DNA of 64,000 nucleotides from Entomortierella parvispora E1425 (Eukaryota > Fungi > Mortierellomycota): NCBI GenBank assembly GCA_020891255.1, contig BQFW01000003.1, forward strand, positions 1,240,001-1,304,000. Reading direction: 5' to 3'. Position 1 is the stretch's first letter, and the number at the start of each line of letters is the position of its first letter. Of this stretch, positions 50,444 through 63,873 are shown in pieces. Below the pieces are notes generated by a model, which saw only the letters and a list, made by a program, of their open reading frames with translations, searched no databases and was not told the DNA's origin. The position numbers were made by a program, and so were the translations under genes.

Positions 50444-51614
50444 AATAAAATACAAATATCCCGAGTTCTTGCAATTGTAGCTGTTCTACGTGTACCATGT
50501 TTGATATCGTCAGATTTTCGCGTATTGAAAAGGTTGCAGGCAATTTGCAGTGGTGCCGTGTCGCTATATGGCACATGTACGTCATAGGCGCCTTTGACAC
50601 TTTGACACTGGCCTAACACGAAACGAAATGCAAAGGGGAGGCAAAGGGGCGCCACAGAAGGGAGACAGATGCAGAGGGGAATGCTCGAGGGTGATTGGTC
50701 AACCAGGCAAACAAGGTTGCACTGGAGTCACATGGCTCAGGAACCGCCTTTTTCTCTCCCTTCAGACGAGAGGGATCTTTGAGGGTAGCTGTGATCCTGG
50801 CTGGCAGTTAAAGAAAAGTCTCTGGGAATGACGAGGAGGATTGGGCTAGCACCCCCAAGGGGAGATCGTCGTCAGATGAAGTCACTGGCATGGGTTCACT
50901 GGTGGGCCCACTGCACTCAACACAACACAACGAGAGCAAGAGCACATAGAGCACACAGAGAGACAAAACCGCCGCCCCGTGGGAATCGGAGGGTGACCTT
51001 GTCCAAATTAGGAAGGTACGCTTTTTCTCCCACGGGGGGCACTCATTGCGCTGTGTTGTACCTTCCCGCTTGTGCACCTGCACCCGGCCAGATCCTGCTC
51101 CGTGGGGCCTGCCGCCTACCTGTCCGCATTCACTCCAAAGTGCGACTATGTGAGTGCAAGAGCGTGTGGACGATGTTGTGGATGATGTTGTCGACGTGCT
51201 TATGATCCTGGATGGAGAGAAAGACAAGAGAGGAGGCGAGAGAGAGAGAGAGAGTGTGTGGGTAAGAGAGTCAGTCAGTCAGTCAGGGTCAGTCCAGGCC
51301 CGTGGAGTGGAGAGGAGGGACGAGCTACATCATGCGGGATACGTCTGTCCCTCCTCTCTTTCTGCCCCACCCGTCTCTTACTCACCTTTCCCACTCTTCC
51401 CCCTTTTCTTCTGTTCTTTTTCTTCTCTTCTCTCCTTCTCTCTTCTCTCTCTCTCTTTTTCTCATCTCTTTACTCATTCCTCCCCTCTCATCTCATTCCA
51501 TCTCAGTCCATCTCTCTCACCTCTCCCTTTCCTTTGCCTTCTTTCTCGTTATTGTTTTGTTGATCCCCCCGTTATTGTAAATAAGATCCGTTCTCTCCCA
51601 CAGCCCTCCATCCA

Positions 51615-54600
51615 ATGTCCTCTCAAGCAAGCCTGGCCACCAAGGCCATGCCCCGCCTCGGCGCCGGTCGCCATCACCTTGTCTCGCCCATGAAGCGCGC
51701 CATCAACAGACGCGCCCTTTCTTCAACCTCCGCTGCCTCCGGCAAGACCTACTTTCCCCAGAGCACCCCCAAGATCCAAAGCGCCCCACGTCTGACGACT
51801 CTGCAGCAACAGCAGCAGTACCAAAAGCACACCTCCTCTTCCTTCAACCCTTTCAAGTCCGTGGCCATTCGCCGTGAGGGCAAGAACCGTTGGGAGCGAC
51901 GAGCAGCTTTGACCCCCGAGGCTGTGGAGAAGCTGATCAAGGAGACTGGCATCGATGTTTATGTCCAACCAAGCACAAAGCGCATCTTTTCTGATGACAA
52001 GTACAGAGCTGCTGGTGCCATTGTCCAGGAAGATCTCTCGCCCGCTGATATCATCTTGGGTATCAAGGAGGTCCCTGTCAAGGACTTGATCCCTGGAAAG
52101 ACCTACGTTTACTTTTCGCACACTCACAAGGGCCAGGCCTACAACATGCCTATGCTCCAGGATGTTCTTGATAAGGTAAAGCGGGGCATTCGTGTTCGGA
52201 TGCGGTTACCTTCTATAGTGCTTTGATGCAGAGGCATAGAGGAATTAACGAATGCTCGGCTCTGTTTTTGAATAGAAAATCCGATTGATTGACTATGAGT
52301 TGATGGCAAACGAGCAGAAGCAGCGTCTTGTCCTTTTTGGAAAGCATGCAGGATATGCAGGCATGATCGATGGTGTCCATGGACTTGGTCAGAGATTGCT
52401 CGGCCTCGGATACAGCAGCCCATTCCTTGTAAGTAAAAGACATTGGTAGCTCGAGAAAGATCGAAGCACATGAAAGGCTTGAGGTCTAACTGATATAACA
52501 TTTCTTGTTCTTCAAAAGCATGTCGGTATGGCCCACAACTACAAGACCTTGGCTTCTGCCAAGCTCGCCCTCCAGACTTTGGGCAACACAATCTCGGATG
52601 AGGGCACTCCCAAAGAGTTTGGTCCCATGACCTTTACATTCACAGGAGGCGGCAATGTCTCCAAGGGCGCACAGGCCGTTTTCAAGTCCTTGCCCCATGA
52701 GTTTGTCGATCCTAAGGATCTTCCCAAGATTGCCACTAGCAAAAGTAAGTGCCGATAAGAAGAGAAATAATCGCTATTTATCTTGCAGCATCCATATTGA
52801 CGAGGGCTGCTATTATGTTTGTGCTTCATAGACGCTCGCCTTGATCGTATCTACGCCGCCGAGGTTAACATTGAGGACCATATCCGCCACAAGTCCAAGA
52901 ACGTCTTCACTAGTGCAGAGGAGTACTTCGCTCACCCCGAGGAGTTCACATCAACATTCCACAAGGATATTGCCCCTTACTCGTCCATGGTCATTAACGG
53001 TGCTTATTGGGACAACCGCTTCCCCCGCCTCATGACCACTGAGCAGTTGAAGACCATTCAGAGCGATCCTGCCAACAAGTTCAGGATGTTGAGCATTGCT
53101 GACATCTCGTGCGATATCAACGTAAGGATGACTTGCTATGGATGATAAAGACTGTCATCAGATCCGAATGTCCACTGACCATTTCTCCTTTTGATTCCAA
53201 CAGGGATCATTCGAGTTCATGTCCCATGCCACCAGGATCGAGGACCCATTCTTCTACGTCGATGCGGTTTCTGGATCTGAGCACAAGAACACCGAGGCTC
53301 CCGGAGTGCAGATCATGTCTGTTGACATTCTCCCTTCAGAGTTGCCCATGGAGAGCAGCCAGCACTTTAGTGACTCTCTCTACCCCTTCATCAAGGAGTT
53401 GGTACGTAAATGTGATTTGTTGTTGTTGTTGTTATTGTTGTTGTTGTTGTTGTTTGTCGTCAAAGATCATATTCTTGCAGGAGCAAACTTTTAACCTATG
53501 GGTCACTTTTCTTATTCTAGATCCGTGACAACAAGGACCACCCTGTTCTTGCTGGAGCGACCATTGCCGAGAATGGTGCTTTGAAGCCCGCTCATCAGGA
53601 TCTTAGCAAGACATTGGAGGCCACAAACGCCAAGGCTAACTTGGCCAAGCTCAAGGCCACTCTTGCCACGGCTACTGGAAGCAGCCCCAACACCAGCTTT
53701 GGCACAAACACCAAGCCAAAGAAGGTTCTTTTGTGTGGTTCCGGATTCGTCGCTGGTCCCTTGGTCGACTACCTGCTCCGTGACCCCAACGTGAGCCTCA
53801 CCATTGCCAGCAACTCTCAGACTGAGGCCACTTCGCTGGCCTTGGGACGTGCCAACACCAAGGTTGTGCCTTTGGATGTGAAGGACAATGACAAGATGGC
53901 ATCTTTGGTCAAGGAATCTGACATTGTTGTCAGTTTTGTGCCCGCCCCCTTCCACCCCGTCATTGCAGAGCACTGCATCAACGAGAAGAAGAACATGGTC
54001 ACTGCCAGTTACATCAGCCCAGCCATGAAGGCTCTCGATGAGAGGTATGGACTTTACTACCGATATGGGAAGCACTATAGAAGCAAAGCACTTGAACTAA
54101 TCATTTTTATGTTTTAACACTCATTAGGGCCCAGAAAGCTGGTATCACCATCATGAACGAGATCGGTTTGGACCCTGGTATTGATCACTTGAGTGCCATG
54201 AAGATGATTGACGAGGTCAAGGCCGAAGGTGGCAAGGTGACTTCGTTTGTCTCCTGGTGCGGTGGTCTCCCCGCCCCTGAGGCCTCCAACGTGCCTTTGA
54301 GCTACAAGTTCAGTTGGTCCCCTCGCGGAGTGTTGACCGCCGGATTGAACGATGCCAAGTTCAGGATGCACAATGGATTCCACGAGATTCCCGGCAAGGA
54401 CTTGATGAAGAAGCACTTCCCTGATGTTCCAATCTACCCCGGATTCAACCTCGAGGGTGTGGCCAACAGAGATTCTCTTAGCTACGCCGAGACCTACGGT
54501 TTGGGACCTGTTGAGAAGTTGGACACCATGTTCCGTGGAACTCTCCGTTACAAGGGATACGCCGATTTGATGTACTCTTTCAACCGTTTGGGACTCTTGA

Positions 54601-55324
54601 ATGCCGAGACCAGCCAGCAGGGATTCAACACTTGGGTAAGTGGAATGAGTTTGTGTTTGACAGATTCCTTGCTTTAAAAAAAGTACATTGGAAACTCTGG
54701 AGGACTCACATCTGACAACATTGTTTCCTGTGATAGACCGACTTTATGGATAACCTCTTGTTCGGCAACGGATCCGCACACGACAACCAGTCGCGCACTG
54801 CCGCCATTGCTGATCGTCTCGATTTGCCCAAGAACCACCCCAGTGTTGGCAAGGTCGTCGATGCCTTGCAGTGGTTGTCGCTCATGCCCACGGTCAACAA
54901 CCAGGGCAATGCCCCCTTCACTGCCAAGAACTCGACCACCACCTTGGACAGCTTCTGTAACTTGTTGATGCACAAGCTCAAGTACAACCCCATGGAGCGC
55001 GACATGGTCATCCTCCACCACGAGTTTGGTGTCCAGTTGAAGGATGGAACTGATCAGACCCGCACTTCGACCTTGGTCTCGTACGGTACTTTTGAGACTT
55101 ACACCGCTATGGCCAAGACGGTCGGTCTCCCTGCTGCCATGGCTACCGAGATGTTGCTCAAGGGTGAGATCCCCGAGAAGGGTGTCTTGGCCCCCACTAT
55201 GCCTCATGTGTACAACACCATCTTGGATAAGCTCAACCGCGAGGGTGTCTCGGTGGTGGAGCAAATTGTCCAGAAGGGCATGCGCCCCATGCTCAAGTGG
55301 GGTGGCAGCGGCGTCTTCAAGTAG
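51615..55324 (+). CDS. AASS: Bifunctional alpha-aminoadipic semialdehyde synthase (lysine-ketoglutarate reductase plus saccharopine dehydrogenase) with a mitochondrial presequence; about 8 exons
   Basis: LKR part: AIRREGKNRWERRAALTP, ILGIKEVP, YFSHTHKGQ, IRLIDYELM, FTFTGGGNVSKGA, IADISCDI. SDH part: VLLCGSGFVAGP, NEIGLDPGIDHLSAM, SWCGGLPAPE, YKFSWSPRG, MAKTVGLPAA. Confidence 0.95.
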
Positions 55325-55543
55325 ATAGAGAAATGAACCCCCCTCATTCTTTCTCGATCTCACTTTGTGTTGTCGTCTTGTAGCATACCCTCTTCAGCCT
55401 CCCTCCTTTCTCCACCAGCACATCCTTTCATTTTTGATATTAGACATAGAAAAAAAAAACACATTGTACGTATAAACCAAACAGCTTTCTATTCCTCCAT
55501 GACTCTAGTTGTACATTTTCGTTCTTTTTCCGTTTTGTCTGAT

Positions 55544-57904
55544 CTAGCGCCTCCGCGCCCTGGATTGCTGAGCTTCACTCTGCCAGCGATACTCTCGCAG
55601 CTCCTTGGACAGATCTGGCATGGGTGTCCCCCAAGCAGGGAGTTTAACAACCTAGCAAGAGCAACCACGACTGTTAGCATTAAAGCACTCGAATGTCATA
55701 CTCTCGGTTATTCTCCGGGTGAGAAACAGCATGCAATTTTTCTCTCCTCCTAGCTTACCAAAACTGTGCAGTTATCCTCAGCCCCCAATTGCTCTGCAAG
55801 ATTCAAGACGTTGGCTGCAGCCTGAGTAGGGTTGCTCTCGAGCTTGACACAATCCACGACTTCCTGGTTACTCATCACGCTCGACACACCGTCCGAGATC
55901 AACACCAAGAAAGCTGCCTCCTTGGCCTTGACCGTTTTCCTGACCAATTCTGGCTCGGCCGAAACTCCAAAGGCCTTCATGGCCACATCTCCCAACGCAC
56001 GTGTGTTCGCCACCTGGCCCAAGAACATGTTCTCGCCAAATGAATCCGCACTGACATAGGCGGCCATCTTGCGGATACGATCTAGTTATTTCAAGGTTTG
56101 GGGAACAAAACGAGTCAGCCTCAGAATGAAAAGGAGAGGATGGACCCTCTTTGACAACACCCCCCATGATTCACAACATACCGGCTTCCACCACGGCATC
56201 TGGATGATGATCCGTCGTCAACTGAACACACTCGCCCTTGGGGGCTTCACAGAGCAGGATTCTAGTGTCTCCCACATGTGCAATAATCAAATCCAGATCC
56301 TCTTGAGTTTCCCAGAATGCGCCCTTGGACTGCACTACGACAATCGAAGCTGTCGAGCCATCCATGTACTTGTCCCGAATCAGCTCTGTATCACACTTCA
56401 AAAATGACAAAAATAACCGTTGCTCCAACGTCATCGTCGATGGGATAGGTGGGTCTGGAGGAACAGACAAAGTCTCTGAGAACGGGTCAACCATCTCTCG
56501 CAAAAACAAGTTTTGATACTCTGAGCGATCCGTGCCAAAGTACGAAGTCGTTCCACTAGGCAAAGGCGAGCTCTTGACAAGTCGACGCCGCCTGGCAATC
56601 ACGAACGGATCTTCATCCTCGTCGTACTCGACCTCATCCTCCTCTATCCCATTGGTTGGCGAAGATGCTTCAGTTTCGTCAGTTCCGGACGTATTCTTTG
56701 AATTAAGGGATCCTGGTTCAGTCCAGGGTAGGGTCGAGCTCTGAATGGACTCCAGTTCCATTTGCTGGTCTTCTTCTGAGGCATTCGGGTGGGGTATAAA
56801 GATCATGGGTTTGACTTTTCCTCCTTTGCCCTTGATATTAATCCTTCGCTGTTGTCTTGCCTCGGCTGATTTTTTCGCCCCATAGATCTGTTCGAAATTC
56901 GAGGGCAAGAATGGCTCCAGGAAATGGGGCCGAAATGATCGAAAGTAACCTCCAAGTTTTCGCAACTCCTTGATCACACCGGGCACCATTGATGGTTGAG
57001 CCTGCTCAACATACTGGTCCAAGTTTGCAGTCAAGTAATCGGCCGTATGCGATCCACCGTGACCATCAAAAATCGCAAAGTAGAACAAAGTTTTCGAATC
57101 CGCGTCCATCTGAGCTCCCTCCGTCGTAGTTGTCGCGCTCTTGCTCCCAGATCCTTTGCCATGCCCGTCATTGTGTCCTTCAGAAGCGGCAGCGGCGGCG
57201 GCGGCTGCAGAGAGCTCGGGCGACAGTGTAGGTGGATTCAGGACAAGGACTTTATATCGGTCCTGATTATGTTTGCGTTGACAACGCGTCGATCGAATCC
57301 CGACAAAGTCCCTCGATTTCGACAGGTTGATCCTAAGCGTGTCCCCCTGAGAGTTTTTCATTGCAAAATAAGGCTGGGACCAACGGATAGTGGAGGATCC
57401 AAATCCACGCGTCTGTTGCTGGGTGCCACCGTTGAGGATGGATCGGCACGGCCGCAATGCTGTCATTTGAATCATCTTGGATGACGTGTACGTGATGGGT
57501 CTTGTCGAAGGCGCCACTGTTCTCGCTGATGTTGCCGCCACTCCAGCTGCACTTGCAGTAACGGGTCTTGCTGAGACGAGGCAATGAATTGGCCGTGAGA
57601 AACTTGGGGGATATAATAGATGAAAGCCTCTGACGCCGTAGTTACTGTTGATTATGATGTTGCTCTTTTGCAATTGGGAATAATAAGCTCTCCTGCTGGG
57701 CACAATAAGGACGTCGCGGGTCAATGGTCCATTGATGGTCATTAGAGTATCATGGCAATGATTGTAAGAGCCAGCAGCCTGGGTATGTGTCCGGACTAGC
57801 GGTGGTCTTGGGTAGAAAGAAGCGCGACCTTGAAGTAGTGGGGTGGATGCATGAATTCGATGGGGTGGCAAGGATGCCCTGACCGATGCGGCGATATAGA
57901 TCAT
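55544..57904 (-). CDS. PTC6: PP2C-family phosphatase, mitochondrial Ptc6-like; 3 exons
   Basis: STRCQRKHNQDRY, FAIFDGHGG, DGSTASI, AHVGDTR, LTTDHHP, ANTRALGD, LISDGVS, AEDNCTVL|VVKLPAWG. The start codon is uncertain. Confidence 0.85.
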
Positions 57905-58889
57905 GAATGGGCTACGGTCTGGGATGAGCTAGTCTCCAGAGAATGTCAGCGATGGCGGGTGCAGCAGATGGATGGACGTATGGATGGTGCTGATGGGAAC
58001 GAGGGGAAGGAGCAAGAGACGCGAACAGACAAGCCCATTCACTCAATGACCTTGCCATCTGCAACGTGCCACTGTGGGCTGAATTCGTGACTGCTCCCTG
58101 CAAGGCACCGTGGGAAGGAACGAGGGACGCGTGCGTCTGTCGTGTCTTTTCTTGCACTCGTTCGGTGCCTTTTCTATGGGGGATCGACGCGTCGTCTTTA
58201 CTTGCTGACTTGTCATCCTTCCGTTCACAGCCGCCAATGGTCCAGCCGACCATTTGGTGGCAACCACATAGACGGCCATGTTCTTCCTCTTCTTCCTGGT
58301 CGGCGTCGACGTCGTCGACCTTGCAGATCATCATCCGCCTGCTACCATATCCATCCCTTTTGAGAGCTGCGACTCCTCGTCCAGGAGGCAGAGCCTTTGC
58401 TTCTCTATCTCTCTATTTTCTGCCAAATAGTCATCTCTCGCACTCTGCCGCCCCCGTCTCCTTTTCTTGTGCTTCCTGTTTCTCTCTTTCTCTCTTTTTT
58501 TCTTTCCATGGCCTGTAAAGACTTTTTCTTGTATTACTGGCGACTGGCGCCAGCAGAAGGATGAGACGGTCCCTGCTGAGGGTCCGCATAGGCCTTTAGA
58601 GTGGTTTATTTCATACTTTGTTTTTTGGATCTCGGTCGTCCCTCTTGTCCTTTCCCCTCCATCCTCCAGGTCCTCCTCCCTTCTTGTCAATCCCTCACTC
58701 TACTTCCTTTGCCGTTCATTCTGATCACCCCGTCCTTTCGCTATCCCTCTACCTCTGCGTCCTCACTTTTTCCTGCGATCCACCCCCCCCCCCCCACACC
58801 CAGAGGACCATTCACTGCGCCATTGGTGTCTACTGGAACCAAAGCATTCTTCTGCACGTTTTACCACCAGTTCCAACTTTATCGTCGCG

Positions 58890-59571
58890 ATGCAAATGAG
58901 AGACTTTGACGACTCTAAGCACTCCAACTCTTTTGAGTTGGTTGCCATCGATGATAATGACAACCGGGATGGTACCTCATCGCAACAACAGCACTCAGCC
59001 TCGCCTAACACCACAGAGAAACCAGGCTGCTGGTCATCCTTTTATCTCTCACCAAGAGGTCGACTCTTTGCCCTTGCTAGCTACCTTTTGGTAAATACCC
59101 TAGGACAACTAGCACCTTTTGCTTTTCCTTCACGTTATCTCCATTATCATTAGCCCTGATCATCGCAACCGTTATCCTCTGCAACTGACTATTGGTCACT
59201 CAACACCAACTTGGCCCCGCCCTTTTTTCTGTCCCTACTCCTAGATCTCTGGCGGCTCTAGTTTATATTTCTGCCTGGTTCTGGCTGGAACGCAGACCAT
59301 CCAGCTTTGCGACTCTGTGGCCAGCTGTATGTTTTACTCGAGTCAGGGCTGGCCCGCACTTGGTGAACAGACAGTGGACTTGTTGGTGATGTCGTACGTT
59401 TCTGGCACGATCTCGGTCCTGGGTGGCGTCTTGGGAGCCTTTGGTATCTATGCAGCTTACAAGGTAAAAAAGGCTACCCCAAAATCCGAACCAACAATGA
59501 ACCCTCATCCGTGCCTCCCCCCCTTCTGCTCTCTCCTTTCTTGCCTTTCCACTTCGAAACCAGGCTCGCAG

Positions 59572-59605
<34 letters not shown>

Positions 59606-60158
59606 CTACGGAGGTGATAATTTGGAGTATCCTATAATGCAGTTGAGACGGCAGAACCCAGCTGGCGGCGCTGTATTCACCCCTTTTTTTTTTGCCTACT
59701 TGCCTTTTGCTCAAAATCGTTCTCTGTCTTTCTCCTTTTTTGATAGAAATCAGCTACAAAGGTCAAGATGTTTGCCAGAGTATGGTGGATTATGATTGGC
59801 ATCTTTATTGGATCGACGGTTTTGACACTATTGTTGACCGTGATCCACAAAGAGCTCTTCTTGAATCAATGCGGGATCGAGCATGACGCGCCCCTGGGAG
59901 TGGATGAGTGTGGACCCATGTACTTGGCCGCGCTGCTTGGCTCCATGATTGGGTGCCTTGTCGGTGTAACTATGATCGTAAGTGTGTTATCCTTCTAAGA
60001 GATCAACTCGAAACCGGTTTCTCTAGATCAGATCTAACCGTTGTTCATCTCATCCCTCGATCTGATTTTAGTGGTGTTACGGAGAAGATGTTGTCAAGTA
60101 CTCCATTCAGCTCGAGACTGTTAAAGGAAAGCAACGACAGATCGACGAAGAGTTCTAG
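58890..60158 (+). CDS. Four-transmembrane membrane protein with tetraspanin-like topology; 4 exons
   Basis: The spliced product has four hydrophobic segments and a Cys-containing loop between TM3 and TM4 (NQCGIEH…DECGP). Canonical GT-AG joins keep the frame. Confidence 0.65.
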
Positions 60159-60436
60159 GCACGAATCTAAAGAAAGAACCCCTTTACAACAAACTACTCT
60201 AATGAGCATCTTTCTAAGAATCCATCAATCTTCTGAACGATAAAGGAACTTTTTTTTTTCGACTGATCTTCTACTTTGATTGAATGCTCCTGGGCGGCAG
60301 CTCCGATTACACCAGTGATAGAATGCTGTCTGAAAAAACACGATATATAATGCCTGTATAGGCTTGTATTCTATGTCGCTGGTCTATTCAGCACTCATTG
60401 GTTTCCTCTTCTACACCGCACGCGTGTCCATTTTCA

Positions 60437-61885
60437 ATGAGATCTATTACATTTTTGGGTCTCCTTGTAGGGATCTTCGGTATTGTTACTTGCTCCCCAG
60501 CTCAGGACCAGTATCCTGACATTTCGGACCCAAGCAACCCAAGGACGGTAGTCCAGTTTAAACTGAACCGGAAACCAATTGTGCCTTTCACCTCATTATT
60601 GGACTCTGCATCCTCGACATCGATACCATTGACTAGGACTTACACAGGACACAGTTATACGGCCCCCGTTTCCATTGGTACTAGCTCGACTGGCGGGGAT
60701 GGTCCTACTTTGGACCTGTTGATCGACACCGGGTCTGACATGGTTGTGGTCACTTCAACGTCCTGTACTGCCCCTGAATGCCAGCAGGTGCAGGACCGAT
60801 ACGACTGCTCTGCATCACTGACTTGCGAGCCAGCTGTCAATCTGTTGACGGGGTCTCCACGTTGGGTCCAGGGATATGGTGATGGCACCCTGGCCAATGG
60901 AACTCTTGTAGAGGATACGCTGCGATTCATCTCCTCTCCCTCTTCCCCTCTTCCCTATCAATCCACAACCCGACCGCCACAACAGCAGCAAGTGGTGATC
61001 CCTCATCAGGCTATTTTGGTGGTGGATCAACCCGGACTGGGCTTGTTCAAGAGTTATGGCCCAGGAGTGGACGGGATATTGGGCTTGAATCTTCAAAGTC
61101 CAGTCATCAATCGAACGGTGATCCAGAATCTTCAGGCCCTCGAGGACCCGTCCGTGTCATTATCATCATCATCGTCATTCTCTACCCCTCCTTCCTCTTC
61201 AGACATGGGGTTCATGAGCCTTTGGCTAGGTACATCCCTCGAGCCTGGACAAGGCGGCGGGCTGCTGTTGAACGCAGTGGACAAGACTCGATTCCAAGGA
61301 CCCATTCAATGGGTGAACCGAGGTCCATCCCCGTATGACTGGTCCATTCCCCTGGACCGAGGCATCCTGCTTGTGAACAGCACCCTCTCCGACGATGCCA
61401 TTCTCAACGACAGCCCTAGTGAAGATATCTCTTCTGTGGTGACTAACCCTGGAGCGGGGGAGACATCGAGATTGACGACGATAGCGAATAAGGCTCCATT
61501 TTTGGTTCCCGAGACCGATTATTCATTTGCAGTCCTAGATTCTGGATCCGATGGAATCTATCTATTGCAATTCATGTACGACGCTCTTTATCCTCAGATT
61601 CCAGGCTCCAAGCAGCTGGACAATGGATATTGGCGTGTTCCCTGTGAAGGGTCTTTGGATCTGGTCTTGGGCATCCAGGGGCAGATCTACAGGGTCCCGT
61701 ATGAGGAATGGGTCAAGAAACCGTCAGAGACTTCAGGGGATCCTCCAGGGTTGTGTCAGGCGAAGGTCTTTGGGAGTTCTCCGGGTCCGATCTTGTTGGG
61801 AACTACGTTCTTACAACGGGTGTACACGATATTCGACTTTTCGCACCCTGGCCAGGAGCGCGTTGGGCTTGCTGCCTTGGCCTGA
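60437..61885 (+). CDS. Secreted pepsin-family (A1) aspartic protease; intronless
   Basis: Signal peptide MRSITFLGLLVGIFGIVTC, catalytic LLIDTGS and AVLDSGS, flap GYGDG, DGILGL, ILLGTTFLQRVYTIFDF…RVGLA. Confidence 0.92.
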   Translation: MRSITFLGLLVGIFGIVTCSPAQDQYPDISDPSNPRTVVQFKLNRKPIVPFTSLLDSASSTSIPLTRTYTGHSYTAPVSIGTSSTGGDGPTLDLLIDTGSDMVVVTSTSCTAPECQQVQDRYDCSASLTCEPAVNLLTGSPRWVQGYGDGTLANGTLVEDTLRFISSPSSPLPYQSTTRPPQQQQVVIPHQAILVVDQPGLGLFKSYGPGVDGILGLNLQSPVINRTVIQNLQALEDPSVSLSSSSSFSTPPSSSDMGFMSLWLGTSLEPGQGGGLLLNAVDKTRFQGPIQWVNRGPSPYDWSIPLDRGILLVNSTLSDDAILNDSPSEDISSVVTNPGAGETSRLTTIANKAPFLVPETDYSFAVLDSGSDGIYLLQFMYDALYPQIPGSKQLDNGYWRVPCEGSLDLVLGIQGQIYRVPYEEWVKKPSETSGDPPGLCQAKVFGSSPGPILLGTTFLQRVYTIFDFSHPGQERVGLAALA

Positions 61886-62161
61886 GGGTGGGATGAGTGG
61901 TGAAGAACAGAGCAAGCAAGAGAAATAAAGTCACACCGAGTCCCCTCAATTGATCACGTGTCCCCGGAAGTTCTCTTTGAGGAAAACGCTCAAAAAGCGG
62001 TGTCCAGGGCGGGTGGACATGCAGAGAGTCGGTTTCAGTCATCGGCAACCGGAAAAGTGGGACCATTCATCTGCTGCTCGTCTTGACTCATTTCTCTTCT
62101 CTCTCCTTCCTCTTCCTCTTCTTTACCCTTTCGTTCCTCCTTCACATAATACACATCACTC

Positions 62162-63873
62162 ATGGCTCACCTCGCCCGATCGGCGCCATTGCGCCACTTG
62201 TCGCGTGCAGGTACTTTTCAATCTCTCAATGCCATCTGTTGAACGAGAGCCGAGATCTACTTCGGGAATCTAACAATTTTTCACCTCGGACTTGTTCTTC
62301 CTTCCCTTCTTCGGGCCCCTCCTTTAGCACAACTCACCCATAACAGCTCGTAAGTACCATCCCTTGACATCGTTCATCCATAGCATTTGGATATCCCCCC
62401 ATTGGACACACTTCTTTATTCACGGAGTTTTTGTTCCCCTTGGAAAAAAAAATATAATTATTATCCATAAAATAGATCATGGTCGCGCGTTGCTTCCAAC
62501 GCTACCCGCGCGTATTCAACCGCCGGAGCTGCTAAATCCAAGGGCTCATCTACCTCTGTCAAGGCTTTCACGGCATTGAGCGCCATTGCCGCCGGAGCTG
62601 CCTTCTGGAGCCAAATGCCCGCTGTAAGCATCTCTTTCTTCTTATCTTTGGTACCTGATCTGCGATCGTTCCAGTTGCTTCAGATGACTGACGTTTCTTC
62701 TTTTTTTTTTTTTTGCAATAGACCAAGGATGTGGAATGTGAGGCTCCCAAGAAGCAGGAGCAAAAGAAGCCTAGCAAGACTGCGGAGGCTGACAAGAAGC
62801 GTGTATGTCACTTTTTCTCGGAGAGCTTATCCAGTTTTCCGGATCCTAGAAACTCACCCACTAAAACTAAACCGTCTCATTCCCACTTTTGATTCTTTTA
62901 GAAATTGGAGGGATTGACCAAGGATTCACCTATGCGCCTGCGTATGGAGGCCTTTAACAAGAAGCTCCAGGCCGAGATCACGGCCGCGATCGAGAAGGTG
63001 GATGGTGAGGCAAAGTTCAAGGTCGATCGATGGAACAGAGTCGAGGGAGGCGATGGTATCTCGATGGTCTTGCAGGATGGCAAGGTCTTTGAGAAGGCCG
63101 GTGTCGGTGTATCGGTCGTCTACGGCATGTTGCCCCCCGCCGCCGTTGCCCAGATGAGAGCTCAGCACCCCAACATTGCCGAGACCAAAGAGTCCACTCC
63201 CTTCTTTGCCACCGGTATCTCGTGTGTCATGCACCCCCATAACCCCAACGCACCCACGGTCCATTTCAACTACAGATACTTTGAATTGGGAAGCGAGGAC
63301 GGCGGCGAGCCCGTCTCTTGGTGGTTCGGTGGTGGATGTGATCTCACTCCCGTGATCCTCTACGAGGAAGATGCGGTGCATTTCCATCGGGTGATCAAGG
63401 AGGCCTGCGACAAGCACGATCCTCGGTACTACACAGATTTCAAGAAGTGGTGCGATGAATACTTTTATATTCCTCACCGTGGTGAACGCCGTGGCGTCGG
63501 TGGTATCTTCTTTGATGATCTCGATGACAAGTCCCCCGAGGAGTTGTTTGCCTTTGTCCAGACCTGCGGTAACGCCTTCACAAGCCAATATGTCCCTATT
63601 ATGGAGAGGAGAAAGGACATGCCCTTCACAGCAGAGGACAAGCACTGGCAACAGATTCGTCGTGGCCGTTATGTCGAGTTCAACTTGGTCTATGATCGAG
63701 GCACAAAGTTTGGTCTCTTGACCCCAGGTGCCCGTATCGAGAGTATCCTCATGACCATGCCCCTCACAGCCCGCTGGGAGTACATGCACGAGCCCGATCT
63801 CAAGGCCCATGGTCGCCTCATGGAGGTCCTCCGTGTCCCCAAGGACTGGGTCCCAACAACCCACAATGTTTAA
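62162..63873 (+). CDS. HEM13: Oxygen-dependent coproporphyrinogen III oxidase with an N-terminal targeting extension; 5 exons including a 22-nt microexon
   Basis: [84 protein letters not shown]. Upstream exons 62162-62210, 62328-62349, 62476-62623 and 62722-62802 splice in frame. Confidence 0.95.

Noticed and set aside
62926-63864. Long antisense ORFs over HEM13, AQR (34626-35381), AASS and the kinase
   Set aside because: These are shadow ORFs expected from codon bias in well-supported sense genes.
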